Positions 1 to 13,400 of a DNA stretch of 64,000 bases are shown piece after piece. The stretch covers positions 34,164,001-34,228,000 of the forward strand of contig OZ076409.1 in assembly GCA_964187785.1 (NCBI GenBank), written 5' to 3'. The DNA comes from Amphiscolops sp. MND2022. Lineage: Eukaryota. A program made the translations under genes and the position numbers. Positions within the stretch are counted from its first letter, which is position 1. The number at the start of each line of letters is the position of its first letter. The notes under the pieces were generated by a model that saw only the letters and a list, made by a program, of their open reading frames with translations, was not told the origin of the DNA and ran no database searches.

Positions 1-1639
1 GATCATAAGCTGTGACCTCCTCGTTTAAATCATGTCAAAAACACTGTAATTTCATAATAATTCGTGAAATCTCAGCCTAAATATCATATTCCGTTCAAAT
101 TCATCCTTAGTCGACGCAAGAAAATGATGAGGAAGTTATGATTTTCTTGAATTTGGCATAGTTCTTGACGTAACATCAATTTCAAGATTAGCTGATTTTT
201 TCCGACGTAGTGCTGACGTAAGTTCTAAATCGATATAACTAGCATCTCCTACTGACGTAGTGCTAAAGTGCTGATAGGTCAAAAGAGCAAAAGAGTCTGT
301 TGGTGATTGCCAATGCCGTTGGTAGGAAACGTGGGATCTTAGAGATACGGCGTCTCTTGAAACACACTGTTGAAGGATTAGGACATTGAGAACCGCCAAA
401 AATGGCAATCACATTTCCTCGTCCTCCTCATTGGATATCAATGTACAGAGTCATCCTGGAAACCGTTTCATGACAACACTTTGATTTTATGGTAACAACA
501 CAATAAATTAGGAAGTTTTGAAAAGGAAGTATTCAGGTGCAATCAATTTTATGTATACACAGGATTCTTTTTTCGAAATTTTAATAAACTTTACAAATTT
601 TTACATAGTAAGTTGAGAGTCTTCCAGGATCTTCTCCAAGGTATCTTCTGTTTGAATGTTTTCCTTGAATAATTTAACCAACTTGAGAAGATGAGAAGTA
701 AATTCAAAAATAACGATTCCTTTGGATGTGCTCAAATTTGAAAAGCCGAGTCTGTATTGGTTTTAAATGATCTTCGTTTGATTTAACTTTATCAAGATAC
801 CATGAAGGAACATCGGTTCACCAAAACAAATATATACAGCAAGCGGATCATCTCTAATGAACTAGTTTGAGTTTAAAAATAGTAAGGTTATGGTTTAAGT
901 TTAAAATAGTAGTTACGCAAAACAATTTTTAGTTACGTTATGTAAAAAGCACAAACTTCTTATTTAAAGTTACTTAGTTTTTTCACAACGCACAAAAAGA
1001 AGTCTCATTTTGATCATCTTTGGTGAACAAGATTGCAACATACCATAATACTGCATTCAAGATCCAACTTCGGAAAGTGCACATCCGGTATTGTTATGAC
1101 TCGTGAAAGGGATGCCGATGCGAAACACAGAGCAGAAATGCAAAATTGGCCTTCAAGACCGCCCAAACTTTCTAAGTATGAAAACCAATTCTGTTAGAAA
1201 CTTGTGTAAGAATCCTGATAAAGTGTTGTTCATTTAAAGCTCGTACAAACTTTAGAAGTTTGATACTGTCCCTGGTGACAAAATTGTGCTTGGTATGTCT
1301 ACGGTTTTCACAACGGCAGGAAACGCTTGAAGACATTGTCCATTCCGTGTTCACGAATAACATACCTTGTTACTGCCGCGTAGGAATTTCAATGCACTCG
1401 GTATCAAAAAAATGTAGTGTCATTGATGTCTTAAGCAACGTTTCGAGATAGACGTCTAGGTGTGGACCCATTGCTGGTTGGATATTACAGAAGGTCGTCT
1501 CGTTGTCAAAGATTGATTCCTCTTTGAATATGATCAAACATCCTCGAGCCATTCTTTCAGTCATAGATTTCAAATTGACGTAGCTGGCCCATTTATAGTG
1601 CCACATCTGCAGCATGGAGCTTGGTCACGTCTTAGTTGG

Positions 1640-1804
1640 TGTAATCGCAATGTCTAAGCTTGTTGAAAACTAGTATTCGGTGGTAACTATCTTGTGTATT
1701 GTTTCTGACCTTATGGTGATGTTGAATCTTTTGGTTGAAAAAATTGTTCAACGGAGCAGGTATTTTGTCAACACAATGGTTGCTCTTTTATGATCGCTAC
1801 CACA
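1640..1804 (-). repeat. 3' LTR of element A
   Basis: Direct repeat of 5991-6155 with TG...CA ends, adjacent to the PPT. Confidence 0.97.
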
Positions 1805-1814
1805 TTCCCCCGCC
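1805..1814 (-). promoter_or_regulatory. Polypurine tract of element A (GGCGGGGGAA)
   Basis: Purine run on the minus strand immediately before the 3' LTR. Confidence 0.85.
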
Positions 1815-1918
1815 GGCAATTGACGGTTAGGAATTGTTGTTTACACTACAAGTAACAAGAACATAATGTACAAAGTTAATGAAGTAAGCAAGTTAATAAA
1901 ATGTCACTACTAAGAGTT

Positions 1919-4900
1919 TCAACGATAGAGAGTATATTTTGGTTTTGACACTCCACATATGTACACAGGAAGACCGTATCGATCTGGTGCCTTCCTGGCC
2001 CTTCTGGCCCGTTCCTCTACAGTTGAAGTATCGTTGGCAGTGTCTTGGTTGCGGTTTCTTTCGTCTTCTTCTAGGTCTGCGAAGACCTGAGCTGTTTGCT
2101 GTTTCTTCTCTTTATCGATCTCTTCCATCACGTAATTTTTGGCTTTCTTGGGCTTCTGTTGTTTTCTCGTCTTCTTTTCGCCTCTGGCCACTTCTCTTTC
2201 GGAAAGGACGATCTCATTCGTCATTTCGGCTGGCACAAATTTGATGGTGTGGCTAGTTTCGCCAGTGATTTTCCCCTTTCGCTTCTTGAATAGTCCTGTC
2301 AGTTTTCCCTTTCTTTGGCGGTTTGGTACAGATATGATGCTGTCATCATCTCTTGGGAATTGCTCCATTTTTCCAGATCCACAGTTCTGTGGAATTCTAA
2401 ATCATTTAATTCTTTGTACAGTTTTACAATTATCGATGTTACAGTTTTTGGTTTTCCACCTGTATGTCGCTCAAAGGAAGATTTTCCGTCTTTTCCCTTG
2501 CTAGTCGTTAGCGCATTTATTAGTTCGTAAAACAATTTGTTCTGTTTCTCGGTTAGTACTTCGGGGTTCGCTCTTAGCCTCTCATTTTTTGTCCTCACCA
2601 ATCTTTCAACTTTTCCGTTTCCCCGGTGATCATATATGGAGCAGACTACGTGCCGCATTCCTAGTTCTTTTCGGAACTGTCTAAACTCATTTCCCATGAA
2701 TACAGTAGCCTGATCCGTTCTTAATTTTGCGGAATTCCATTGTCACTAATATATTTCCGTAGGAATTCTACTACTTCTTTGATTGCGGTGTTTTTGACAA
2801 CTTTTAAGGTCGGATGTGCGGAAAACTGATCTATGGCTACAAGTAAGTATTTTTTATTTTCGGGTGCGCCAGCGAATGGTCCCATAAAATCGAGTGCTAC
2901 TTCTTCGTTTACTTGTTTTGCTTTCTGAATAGTTCCAAATTCACATTGTCTTTTAATAACTTTAATATTCTTACCTGCATTTTGGCAACTTTTGCAGGTC
3001 TTTGCGGACGCCACAATTTGTCTGTGGATCTGAGGCCACCAAACTTCATCTAGGGATCCTAACATAGCATCACGTTCCGGGCGTTCTCGCTTTCTGTTCT
3101 TTCGCTCACACTTTGCTCGATTCCTATTGGTTGGTTAAACAATTTGTTCAATCTGTGATTGGTGATTGGTTGATAGTTGCCTGTAGTAGTCCTTATTTAT
3201 TTCTTCTACTGAATTCACTACGTACCAATTCTCCCATTGTTCCTTCGCATTTTTAGACCATTCTTTTTCGTTATATTCACTGGGGTGGCGGTACAAATAG
3301 TCCGCTAATCCCAGAGTTCTACCCGCTTGATGTATAACTTCCATGTCGAATGGTAAAAGACGGTCTATCCATCTAGTGAGTCTACTGGAATACGTTTTTT
3401 TTCCATGGTTACTTTTTAGGGCTGTTTCTAAAGCTCTTTGATCCGAAACTACCTCAAATTTGCACCGTATATGTAGTAACGGAAATATTCTAATGCCCAG
3501 ACAATTGCGAGGAGTTCTAATTCATTCGTAAAATATTTCATTTCGTAGTTACTCAAATATCTTGAAGCGCAAGATATGAGTTCCCACTCCTTTTCGCCCT
3601 TTTCCTGCAGCAGTGGTGCGCCCAATCCTTGGTGGCTGGCGTCGCGAATTATTCGCAATTTGTTTTCTCTTTTAAAATGTGACAATTTCATAATGTTTTG
3701 GAGGCTTTTTTGTTCTTGATCAAAAGCGATGTCATGTTTCTCTTTCCACTCCCAAGTTCCGTCAGTTTTTAAAAAATCTCTAAACGGCTCGGTCAGCTGG
3801 GCTAGTCCGGGTACGAATTTTATCAACTGATTCACTGCCCCGAGGTACGATCTTAGATCTTTCAAGTTTTTTGGTTTCATTTTTCCGGATATACCCTGTA
3901 TTTTCTCATTGTGTGGCTTCACCCCTTTTTCTGATATGTCAAATCCGAGCCATTCGATCTCGTTCTTTGCAATTTTGCATTTATCTTCCTTTAGTTGCAA
4001 TTTTCTACTATCTAATTTTTTAAAAACTTCTCTAACTTTTTCTTCATGTTCTTCTTTTGTTCCCTTTGTTACTATTAAAATGTCATCTATGAAAACGTAA
4101 ACATTTGCATTATTAATAAAATATTCTTCCATTATTCTTTGAAATTGGGTGGGCATTACCGTCAGCCCATAAAATCCTGTTAAAAATCGGTAAATACCGC
4201 TGGTCTTACCGCCTACATTTGCGAAATTACAATGTTTTGCTAAACTAGGGTGTGAAAGAACTTGTCCAAACGCGTATTTCAAATCTACTGATGTGAGCCA
4301 AAACTTCTCCAGATCCGTCACTTGTGATCGTTCCAGCTAATGATTACATTAAATCGTCTAACTTTGGCATTTGATATTTATTTTTCTTTATGTTTTCATT
4401 CATAACTCTTGCGTCCATTGCGATTTTTATGCTTTTGTCTTTTTTACCTGTAATAACTGTAGGTTGTCTTAAAACGTCATCTTTTATCTCGTTGACTTTC
4501 TCAATATGTCCCATTTTGATCAATTTTTAATTTCACTTTCAGCCGAATTTTGTAGTTTTAGCGGTATCCTACGTCCCTTTTGTTGTTTCGGTACGCAGTT
4601 CTCTTTAAATTGCGCGTTTATTCCGTGACCTTCTAATCGTCCTTTTCGTGAAAATAGTTTTTCAAATTCTTCAAACAATTTGTTCAGCGGTTCGCTCTTG
4701 CAATTAATTTCACACCAACCACTTTCCGTCTTTAATTTGATTCCGAGGCCTCTTAGCCAATTTCTCCCTATCACCGTCCTCGTCCGATTCTCCGCAACTA
4801 ATGCGCGCACTTAATCCAGTTTCTTTGCCCCGGATTCGACTTGGCCGATAATTGCACCCAAGAATTCAATCTTTTTACTGCTATAGTCGACATACCTCTC

Positions 4901-5991
4901 TTCCTTCTCGAGCGGTTTCATCTTAAAGTGCTTTCCGAACATCTTTTCTGCATGGGCCTTTGTGAAGATCGTGATTGGCGACCCGTTGTCAATAAGCGCT
5001 TGGAACGGTTTTCTGTTGAATTTGCCTTTCAACACGAACGGCTTGTTCTTTGGTGTCTCTCCATCTATGTGTAGAATTTCTACTTCCTCAGCAGATTCTT
5101 CTTCTGAACTGCTCCACGTGCTTTTTGTGCGAATCGCATTTACCTTCCGGTTCACAGAGTTATTCTTCTTTGTCTCTGAGATCTTTAGTCTACACATTCT
5201 GGCGTAGTGGCCGGTTTTTCCGCAATTTCTGCATTCTACGCCTTCTGCTTTGCAGACTTTCTGATGTCCCATTACAAAGCGTTTTCACCGCATTTATATC
5301 ATTCCTTGTTCTTCTCTCTTGCGAACACGGGTTCTTCTTTGATATATACAGCTTTCACACAAATTGTTTTTTTCTGCTGCGCGCCCTGTTCGAAGGCAAT
5401 GGCAAATTTTAATGCCTCCTCGGGGTTATCCTTAGGCTCAGTAAATAGCCTCTCTTGGACCACCACGTTCTTCATGTTGGAGACAAAAAAGTCGTAAACT
5501 AGGCTGGTTGTCTGGGTTCCGAAATCACAATTTGATGCCAGCCCGTTTAGTACATGCCAAAATTGCTCTAGGGTCTCTCCTTCTAATTGTTTGCGGTTGA
5601 GGAATTTGTGTCTGTCCATGAGTCTGTTTCGCTGCTTGTGGAAGGCATCTTGGCATTCTTTTAGCAGTTCGTCTAAGTTCATGGTTTTTATGTCCATCTT
5701 GGGCTTTCTGTCCAAAAGCGTTTTCCTTGCCGCCTCTTCGAGCGCAATGTAAAGGAAACTAACTGCCTTTTTCTGGGCTATCTGTTCTTCTGACCCGCCC
5801 ATCAGCTCTTTTCTTCTGGCATTTGTTGAAGCATCTCTGGTGAATTCGTCTAGGGAGATTGAGGATTTTGCCATAAATGTGGCCTCGAAAAGCTCGATCC
5901 ACCGGCTCCACTCATAAACTCTTTCTGCTGATGCATCTTGCCAAAATACGGGTACGCCCGAAACAGGCTGATTTTCAGCTCGCAGCGCCAT
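1919..5991 (-). pseudogene. gag-pol: gag-pol of element A, broken by frameshifts, stops and a deletion near 3100
   Basis: Gag 5299-5991; zinc knuckle CRNCGKTGHYARMC; protease LIDNGS; RT VDLKYAF...YGL...FIDDIL; RNase H DASHQGLGA...ELELLAIVWAL; integrase WWPQI...CKSC, LDFMGP, IDQFS, NGKVERLVRT. Confidence 0.95.
5978..5990 (-). promoter_or_regulatory. Primer-binding site TGGCGCTGCGAGC (probably tRNA-Ser)
   Basis: Starts with TGG directly after the 5' LTR and is complementary to a ...GCUCGCAGCGCCA tRNA 3' end. The tRNA identity is from memory. Confidence 0.8.
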
Positions 5992-6155
5992 GTAATCGCG
6001 TTGTCTAAGCTTGTTTAAAAAGAGTATTCGGTGGTAACTATCTTGTGTATTGTTTTAGACCTTATGGTGATGTTGAATCTTTTGGTTGAACAAATTGTTC
6101 AACGGAGCAGGTATTTTGTCAACACAATGGTTGCTCTTTTATGATCGCTACCACA
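5991..6155 (-). repeat. 5' LTR of element A
   Basis: Direct repeat of 1640-1804, followed internally by the PBS. Confidence 0.97.
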
Positions 6156-8116
6156 GTTGGTAACGTTGTCCTCTGGTTTCATTTTGAGTTAGATCAGATT
6201 GATGTTTCGTTTATGATGTCGACAGCGTCAAAGTCAAAAATCGTTCTAGAGGTCTTCAGCGATCACACCTGAGCTGAATTGCGTAAGATTTCTTTTTCTT
6301 TTTCAAGTAATTCTGGGTGTTGTTGTAATAACTGAAGTGTTGTTGTTTGTGGAGGAAAAACTCGTGTTCGCTCTTCACCTACCGAAGGGCGCCAATTCGA
6401 TGAATTCTTGTGGAGAAAATTTATCGTGGTCTAAAAAAAGAGGTTCAAGGTTTCCAAAACACAGGATTTTGTTCCCTTGCAGTCTGTCCCCTTGATGTTT
6501 GTTTATTCTTCCTGGAAAGACGCATCGACAGTTGTTTTCGCATGAAAGAGTTTCTCGAGATGTTACCGCGTCTTTGCCATCTTCAAAGTAACGGTCCGCA
6601 AAATTGGCTACGTTTTCATTTTGTCCAAAACGTTAGTGAGCTGTGCACTCTGGAGCTGTGGAGACATCTTTCTCCCGTGCCCAAAACATACAGAACATCT
6701 TGCAGGACATTCATCAATTTATTTGGACCACGCGAAGCAAGATGTCTTTCTGCGTGCCACCAAAAGGTATATAATGACGAATTTTGTATTACCATTTTGC
6801 ATTACCCACGACGTGAGCCTTTGCCTTGAAACGTTGACCATGTTTCCGTTTTTCGAGGTTCCGCTTGGTGCGTGTTCCAGCGTCCGGTACCATGTCTTTC
6901 TTTTTGTCTAGCTAACATGTGCTCTACGAGCTCTTCCTCGGTCTCAGAGACTCGGGCTGCAACTTCGGGATTTCAAAGACAGTAGAAACAATTTTCCGTT
7001 TCGAGTTGTAAATTTCCAAGACTCTAGTAAAAGACTGATTTCTAGTAAAAGCTTTCTTTGTCGCCCCGTCTGTCCGTGTAATAAAGATACTGCATAACAA
7101 TCATACCCTGTCGCTGATGCATCCGGCGTTGCCTTGGAACGCAGTTGACGCCGCGAGGAGGATCAGGGTATTTGAAAAGCAAATTTTTTGTCTGGTGGTT
7201 GGTAGTGTCTTCTTGCAAAAAGCTGAACTAGTTTGAAAATGACTATCACTTAAGAACTAGCTCATTGTTCATCAACCCCTCTTCTGAGCTAGCCAAGGGG
7301 GGGGGGTGAACTATTTTCATTGTGGTATGGAACGAAATTGGACGATAGAGAAATTAATTGTCATTGCTAAAGGTGGCGTCTGTTGTAATCTCAAGTCTGA
7401 TTTTTTCTCCAAAGAAAAACTTCGTTTGCCGTGTTCCTCAGCAAAATGTGTCCCTCTGAGTTTAAGTATAGTTGCCAACACTAGACAGCTGTACGATAAT
7501 GTTTATGCGTCTATTCTTTTAAACTCCTTTCCGTAAAAATTCAGGATCTTTTTTTGATATAACGTTTTTCTGTATAAAACGTTATATTGAAGAGTTACAA
7601 GCGTCTAGCCATTTTGGTATGTCTAAAGTTCATTAATTCATTTAACTTGAGTCAGACACAATTATGAGTTTTTGAGAAAAAAAGATGAAATCAATTTTTA
7701 GGAAATTCTTTAATAACAGGAAATCTATGAAGGTTTCAAGATTAGGAAGCATACTGAAGGTTCATATATTCGCGTTTGGGAAACAACCAAGCGCTAACGT
7801 TCGGAATGTCAAAATTTTCTCATAAAATCATCGTCGCTTACCTGAAAAAAGAACAATTTCTCAAAACGAGATGAGCTTCGATTGATGCAATAGAAAAGAT
7901 ACGAAGTACAAAAGAACCCAGATGATGGCTTCAAATGGAATATTATCAGCTGGGTTATCAGCAACAATGGGTACAGAAGTTATTGCTGGAAATTCAACCG
8001 GCACTTTCCGAGCTTGTGTTTCAAACTCACCAGTTTACCCAAACCTGTCGCTATTTGCAATCCATGGCTTCTCGTTAAATTATATCGTTCAACCAAGTTC
8101 TGACCAACCCACACAG

Positions 8117-8520
8117 ATGGGCAACAGCCAAAGTGAAAGTAATGATGAGGATGAACGACTCTCAGAACCCTTCATGTCAAACCTTCGTTGGGCGAAAGAC
8201 AAACTTATAATGTTTGTTTTTTCGCAACCATTTGGGATCTAAATCAAAAATTAGCTGGATACAAACATCCCGGTTGATGAGCAACGTTTGTTTTTATCAG
8301 GAAAATTGCTTGGAAATGCCAATCTGCGAGTTTGGTATTGCATTCAAAATCAGAGCACTTTGTGCCTGATCCGCACAATTCGAGGTGGGCACGAGTTGCA
8401 AGTTAAGAATGTGATGATTAGGCTATGTGTGAGTAGGCTACCAGTGAAAACGCATGAAGAAGTTTTTTCCAATGAAGATTCAGTTATGAGCTTGAGCGAG
8501 CGGCATTTGAGACGCCCGGC
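8117..8520 (+). pseudogene. Ubiquitin-like domain pseudogene
   Basis: Across frameshifts it reads MGNSQS..., LHVKPSLGERQTYNVCFFATIWDLNQKL, NIPVDEQRLFLSGKLLGNANLRVWYCIQNQSTLCLIRTIRGG (RGG at 8381-8389). This parallels ubiquitin IPPDQQRLIFAGKQL...YNIQKESTLHLVLRLRGG. Confidence 0.8.
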
Positions 8521-8581
8521 GGGGTTGCACCCTATATCTATATATAGCAACAGCGTCAACGGGTGGGTGTTCATGTAGCCT

Positions 8582-8821
8582 TGTAGACCGTTTAATTGGA
8601 TCATGTTAAATAACATTACAGGTGAAACAACTCATATTGGGTTACATGTATAGCATGTGAAGAGAAAATGGTAAATTGACACAAGGGCCATAATACATGG
8701 CACTTCAAAATTTGCACTATTTATGGAAACCAGCTTCTCATTTGGGAAAGCTTCGGAGGAAAATGGAAAAAGGACTGAGAGTTTACCTCAGTTTCAAGGG
8801 TGAAAATCATCAAAATTTATG
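8582..8821 (-). repeat. Remnant of the 3' LTR of element B
   Basis: About 240-bp direct repeat of 20906-21145. A deletion joins it to the middle of ORF3. Confidence 0.85.
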
Positions 8822-8829
8822 GTAATATT

Positions 8830-9259
8830 GCCCTTTGTCTGCATCTGGAGGAGACAGTGGTGTATCTACCTGCGGGATTAGGTTGAGGCACAGATTTATC
8901 GGGCGGTTTCGCTTAACTTGTCGTCCGCCTTCAGGGGCCCATTGCCTCGAGACTAAAATGGTTTGGTGGAATGTTGGAAAGGGAGGCATCTTTGGTCTTT
9001 AGGGCTCGTTGGATTTATATGAGGCAGTAGAAGGAGCGGCAGGAATTGGAATTGGCTCAGACATTTGTGTTTCAACATATAGGTCCCTCATGGTCACTTC
9101 TTCCGACTCGTCCTCCGAGGAGGATAGGTAATCAGTGATAGAAGAAACATTTTTGCATTCCATAGCCTCGTCTTCATCATTGGATATGTAGATTATTCTG
9201 CCACCTGGGGTAGCTCCTTGAAAGTCCTCCGGGTACATTCGTTGGTTGAGGTTCTGCAT
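8830..9259 (-). pseudogene. Accessory sense ORF3 of element B (internal stop at 8999, C-terminal half deleted)
   Basis: IIYISND...PIPIP...AP...INLCLNLIPQVDTPLSPPDADKG aligns with IIYISSD...PIPIA...AP...VELCTTVLPVLESPLSPPDHERG of the 40872 ORF. Confidence 0.8.
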
Positions 9260-10485
9260 CTTGTTGTAGAGATAGGAGTTTATCCATTTCGTGTCTTCTT
9301 TTAAATTTTTTCTTCGCTATTTTGGAGAGCAGGAAAGTTGCGTTTGAGTTTTCGTTTCGAGAAGAGCAGCTGATGTTTGGAATGGAACTGAGAGAATGGC
9401 GGTTTTACTTCCGACGAACCCCGAGTCTCTTCGTTTCGCCTTTCCGGAATTTTACATTTCCCGACAGATATATTTTCAATAACAAAATTTCCTCTCTCTA
9501 ATTCTTTCATCAAGCCGCTGAGTCGCTTTATAATTGCCGACAACGGCTTTGTTGACTGTCATCAGTTATGCTAGCACTTCCAAGTTAGGAGTGTTACTGC
9601 AAGTGTTTATTACCACTCATCAGTTACTTGAGAGTTTCAAGTGGATAAAGATATGGCTGAAGGCCACGCCGTCCGCCTCTAATTTGGTCAGCCAATAGGA
9701 GTGCAGTGTGTTTTCTCCTGATTCAAGATGGCTTCCCAAGGCTGAAAATCCATATGAGGAATAAAATAAAATGACCCTGAAAAGAGATAAAACAATGATA
9801 AAATCATGAAATAATTCGTAAAAATAACAAAGTTTTTGAAATAAATGAAATAATGTAGACATGGCTGGCAGACTCTATCCACATAATGTCGTAAATTATA
9901 AATAACAGCAAATTTGACACCAAACTGTATAGCCACGAACTCCAATCTTGACATCTTGTCAAATCGCCATTTCAACTATCCAATTCTTTTATACTCAATT
10001 CCTTCATTTACTTCTTCATCTGTATTATCTAGTCTTTAGTCAGTCTTTGCCAGTGTTTAATCAATAGTCAGTCTTTTAGTTCCTGTGTTACGTTTATTTG
10101 TAATCTTCTTTTGCATAATCTTCATCTCGGGACTCAGTGTCCTTTTGCCCCTGTCTGTGTCGATTCTCTCGGTTCATTCCGGTCAATCGACTTCTAGTCT
10201 CTTTCTTGGCAGCCCCACCCAGCTCCAGTTTACGTTCCCGTTTAAAGAAGGACGAACCCATTTCTAATCCATCAGCGCTCATGGCGGACTCAACCCACGA
10301 TCTTTCCTAGGGCCAAAATCAAACAGATCAGTAGACTTCAAGCTTTTTTTCAGTTTTATTTTCATGTTGAACTAAATTGAGGTATGATCAGAACTCTTAT
10401 TTCTTTCACGTATTTCCTGTCCAATAACTCGAGTATTCACTTGAGTTCAAAATGATCTACTTCCGGAAGATTTTTAAACGCGGTA

Positions 10486-13400
10486 ATGGATTCATATTCA
10501 GGAAAGTTTCCGCTTGATTTCATTTCTTTTTGTCTAGACATGACGTCTGAACGACAGATTGAAGCAAATGAACCACAAACTACTGACCCTGCCCTTCTTG
10601 CGCAGGATTTGTCGAGTCGCCAGCACAGTGATAATTTCCAGCTGTTCGAAGAGGACGGAACAGCCCGTCCACTGTCCAACTTGTCTTCGAGTAGCGGTAA
10701 TACCGAAGAGAGCCTTTCCGCGTTCGCGGATCAGACTTTGCGTACCTTGGTCCACTTAGGTCCCAGTTTGGACATCACCATTCTGTCAGCACCAAACGAG
10801 AGTTTCCAGTAAGGAGAGCTTGAGTCTTCAACTAACAAATTCTCAGATTCTGAGGCCCGGACTACTATCCAGCCCAAAATCCAGAAAATTGATACCGAGC
10901 AACAAGTGACTTCCAGGCTGTTTGACCCAAGTACGTTTGACTTACCAGAGGAGCAGCAGAAAAATTATTTTAAAACGGACGCAAGTGAGATAGAAGACGT
11001 ATACGACAGTGCTGGAGCAGACGTGTTGACCGACAGGCCTACTTCCAGTGTTTTGGGATTCGATCCTTTTCCTGCCCCAGATGAGCCTCAGGAAACAATG
11101 AATCATGGCACCAGTAAGCCTCAGGGGCCTCACTCCCACAAAGAACCCGCTTTACCCACAGAATTGTCTGCCAACGGAAGAATCATGCTTCGCAAGTATT
11201 TTGCCCAAAACACTCCTATTGAGCTTCCTAGGGGGCACACAACGGTGGCATTCAGTGAGCCACAGAGTCATGCCATCGTGGAAATCATTTCTGACGAAAC
11301 AGTTAGGTCGTCATTGCACTCCATGCGCTCACTGGTTCTACAGGCAGTCCACGGAGGGAAGGGACAAACTGCAGGACAACTAAGGAAGGCTCTAATTCGA
11401 GGGTGTACTCCCGACAGGGGCATGACTGCTAGTTCTGAGGGAGAATCAGACTGTGAGGGCTACACGACTGATGGCAACACTAGTGGAGCCTACGCGATTG
11501 ATGATAACATGGGAGGGGCGTCTATGAGCCAAGAAGTCGACACCGACTCCAGTACACCTGTCGCAAAATTGTGTGCCGCATCGAGAGGAACAGGCGGAGG
11601 CTCATTCTCAGGACAAACTACTGTCCCTAGTCCTGGATATAGTGAGGACGATTACGAACCTCTGTGTACCATATGTCCTCAAGCTAAGCACCAACAAGTC
11701 AATCTCAGCCCTCCTCGGAAAAGACGGCCGGGCAAGGTGATGAAGCCTGCTTACTTCAAGGGGATTCAAGGACTAAGGTGTTCGTTACCGGCCCGCTGGA
11801 CCCTGACCTTGTGCACAACAAGCACAAGTTCTACTGCCATACATGCAAAACCAATGTATCCATTTTCTCTAAAGGAGCGCGGGCGATCGTCCGCCATTAC
11901 CAGTCCGAGAACCATCTCAGGAAGGACCAACGCTGGCGGTATGAACACTTGGGAAGACTCGATAAAATCACAGGCACCACTGTTCATGCTGTCAGAGGGA
12001 AGGACGGGCACATACTTTCCACGTTCGAGCTGGGAAAGGTGAAGCCACTAATCGAATCAGCGCCCCTCGTCGACATTGGCCCACGTTTCCCCTTCTATGA
12101 AGAGTATATGACCAGTGAAGGAGGATTAGCAAAACCTGAAGATGTCCGCTTAGGGACTCAAGTCGCTCTGATTGGCCGATTTGTCCCTTACTTTGGCGAT
12201 CTTACAATCTTGCAAGGACTATGGAGTGGTGGGCAACTTCACCAATCACCAGGATCTGTTTGGAAATCTCGATTGGAGCTCCACCATACTCACGGTATGT
12301 ACCTTGTTTTGTCCTTGCTAGGGTTTTGACTGAGATAGGGGAGGTCACATAGTAACTTATTTACTAGACACTTGCTTTCAAGTGAGATGGGTTCTTTCAG
12401 GCTATCTTTCATCACGTTTTCTTGCGTGGCATGGAAGACGTGGCTCAATCCGTCAACGTTTCCGGGCTGTACTCTATTGAATTCGAGCCTCAAGGAAGCA
12501 AGGAGAAGGCCTCTTTACGAAACTGGAAGTCAGGGTACCTCATTAAGCTTCAACTACAGCAGTACAGCTTGGCTTCTGATCGCAACTGCAACCAGCTACT
12601 CGTTATAGCATGACTCTTGTCCCTACTGTCCACTACACCTCAAATTGTCTGCATGTCTGGCTGTTCCTCCGACGTCCTCCAAACGGTTGAGCAGTCCGCT
12701 TTGTTGAAGAAGGGCATAAGTTAATGCACAAACGAGACTGTATTTGGACGTATTGACTTCTATACGCAACTCAAGTATTTGCTGTTCTATCTGGCACAAA
12801 GTCTTGACGAGCCCTGGATGACCGAGGCCCCTGAGCTCACCAAAGTAAGATTCATTTTTGCATCAGGGTTTGGTTGTGGTTTCTGTGTCCATATCATAGC
12901 ATTTCTTTTAGGCCATTAGCAATTGGGATTTGCGGCTCCGTTCCATCCCCGCAATATGCTCAGAAATCATAACGAAATGGCAGCCATTTCTGGACCACAT
13001 CACGAGAATTGCGCCTAGCTATGAGACGATTGGAGTTAAAAATAGGGTTGAAGTTTAGTTCAGTAACTAGCTTGAATATTGGCTTGGTCGCAGTGGTCTC
13101 ATGGCCCAAACATTATTGACAACTTCTGTTTTCTTTAGCCTCAGAGTCTGGAGTGGCAGATTATCAGCGATGACTTCTTCCAGGTCAAACTGGAATTTTA
13201 TGGGCGGATCGTATACGACTGTAAGTATCCCCCCAGTTTTTTCGTTTAGAATTATAAGGTTTTTTGAGTATCTATCCGGTCCAAAGGTCCGTAGGTCAAG
13301 GACTTATTGTTGATATCACTGTTTAGACAACGTCTGTTTCGAAAGGAGCTTGGTCGGGCACAGAGACTCTGGGTTTTTTACCTTTGGCCAACTAAACAGC

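Larger units (their letters stand above)
1640..6155 (-). mobile_element. Element A: full-length, decayed Ty3/Gypsy (Mag-like) LTR retrotransposon
   Basis: Two 165-bp direct repeats TGTAATCG...CTACCACA (1640-1804, 5991-6155; 8 mismatches by eye). GTTGG target-site duplication at 1635-1639 and 6156-6160. Internal gag-PR-RT-RH-IN order on the minus strand. Confidence 0.97.

Noticed and set aside
8569..8581. TSD for element B
   Set aside because: Left flanks (GTTCA, AGCCT) match neither right flank (GTCAC, ATGAC).
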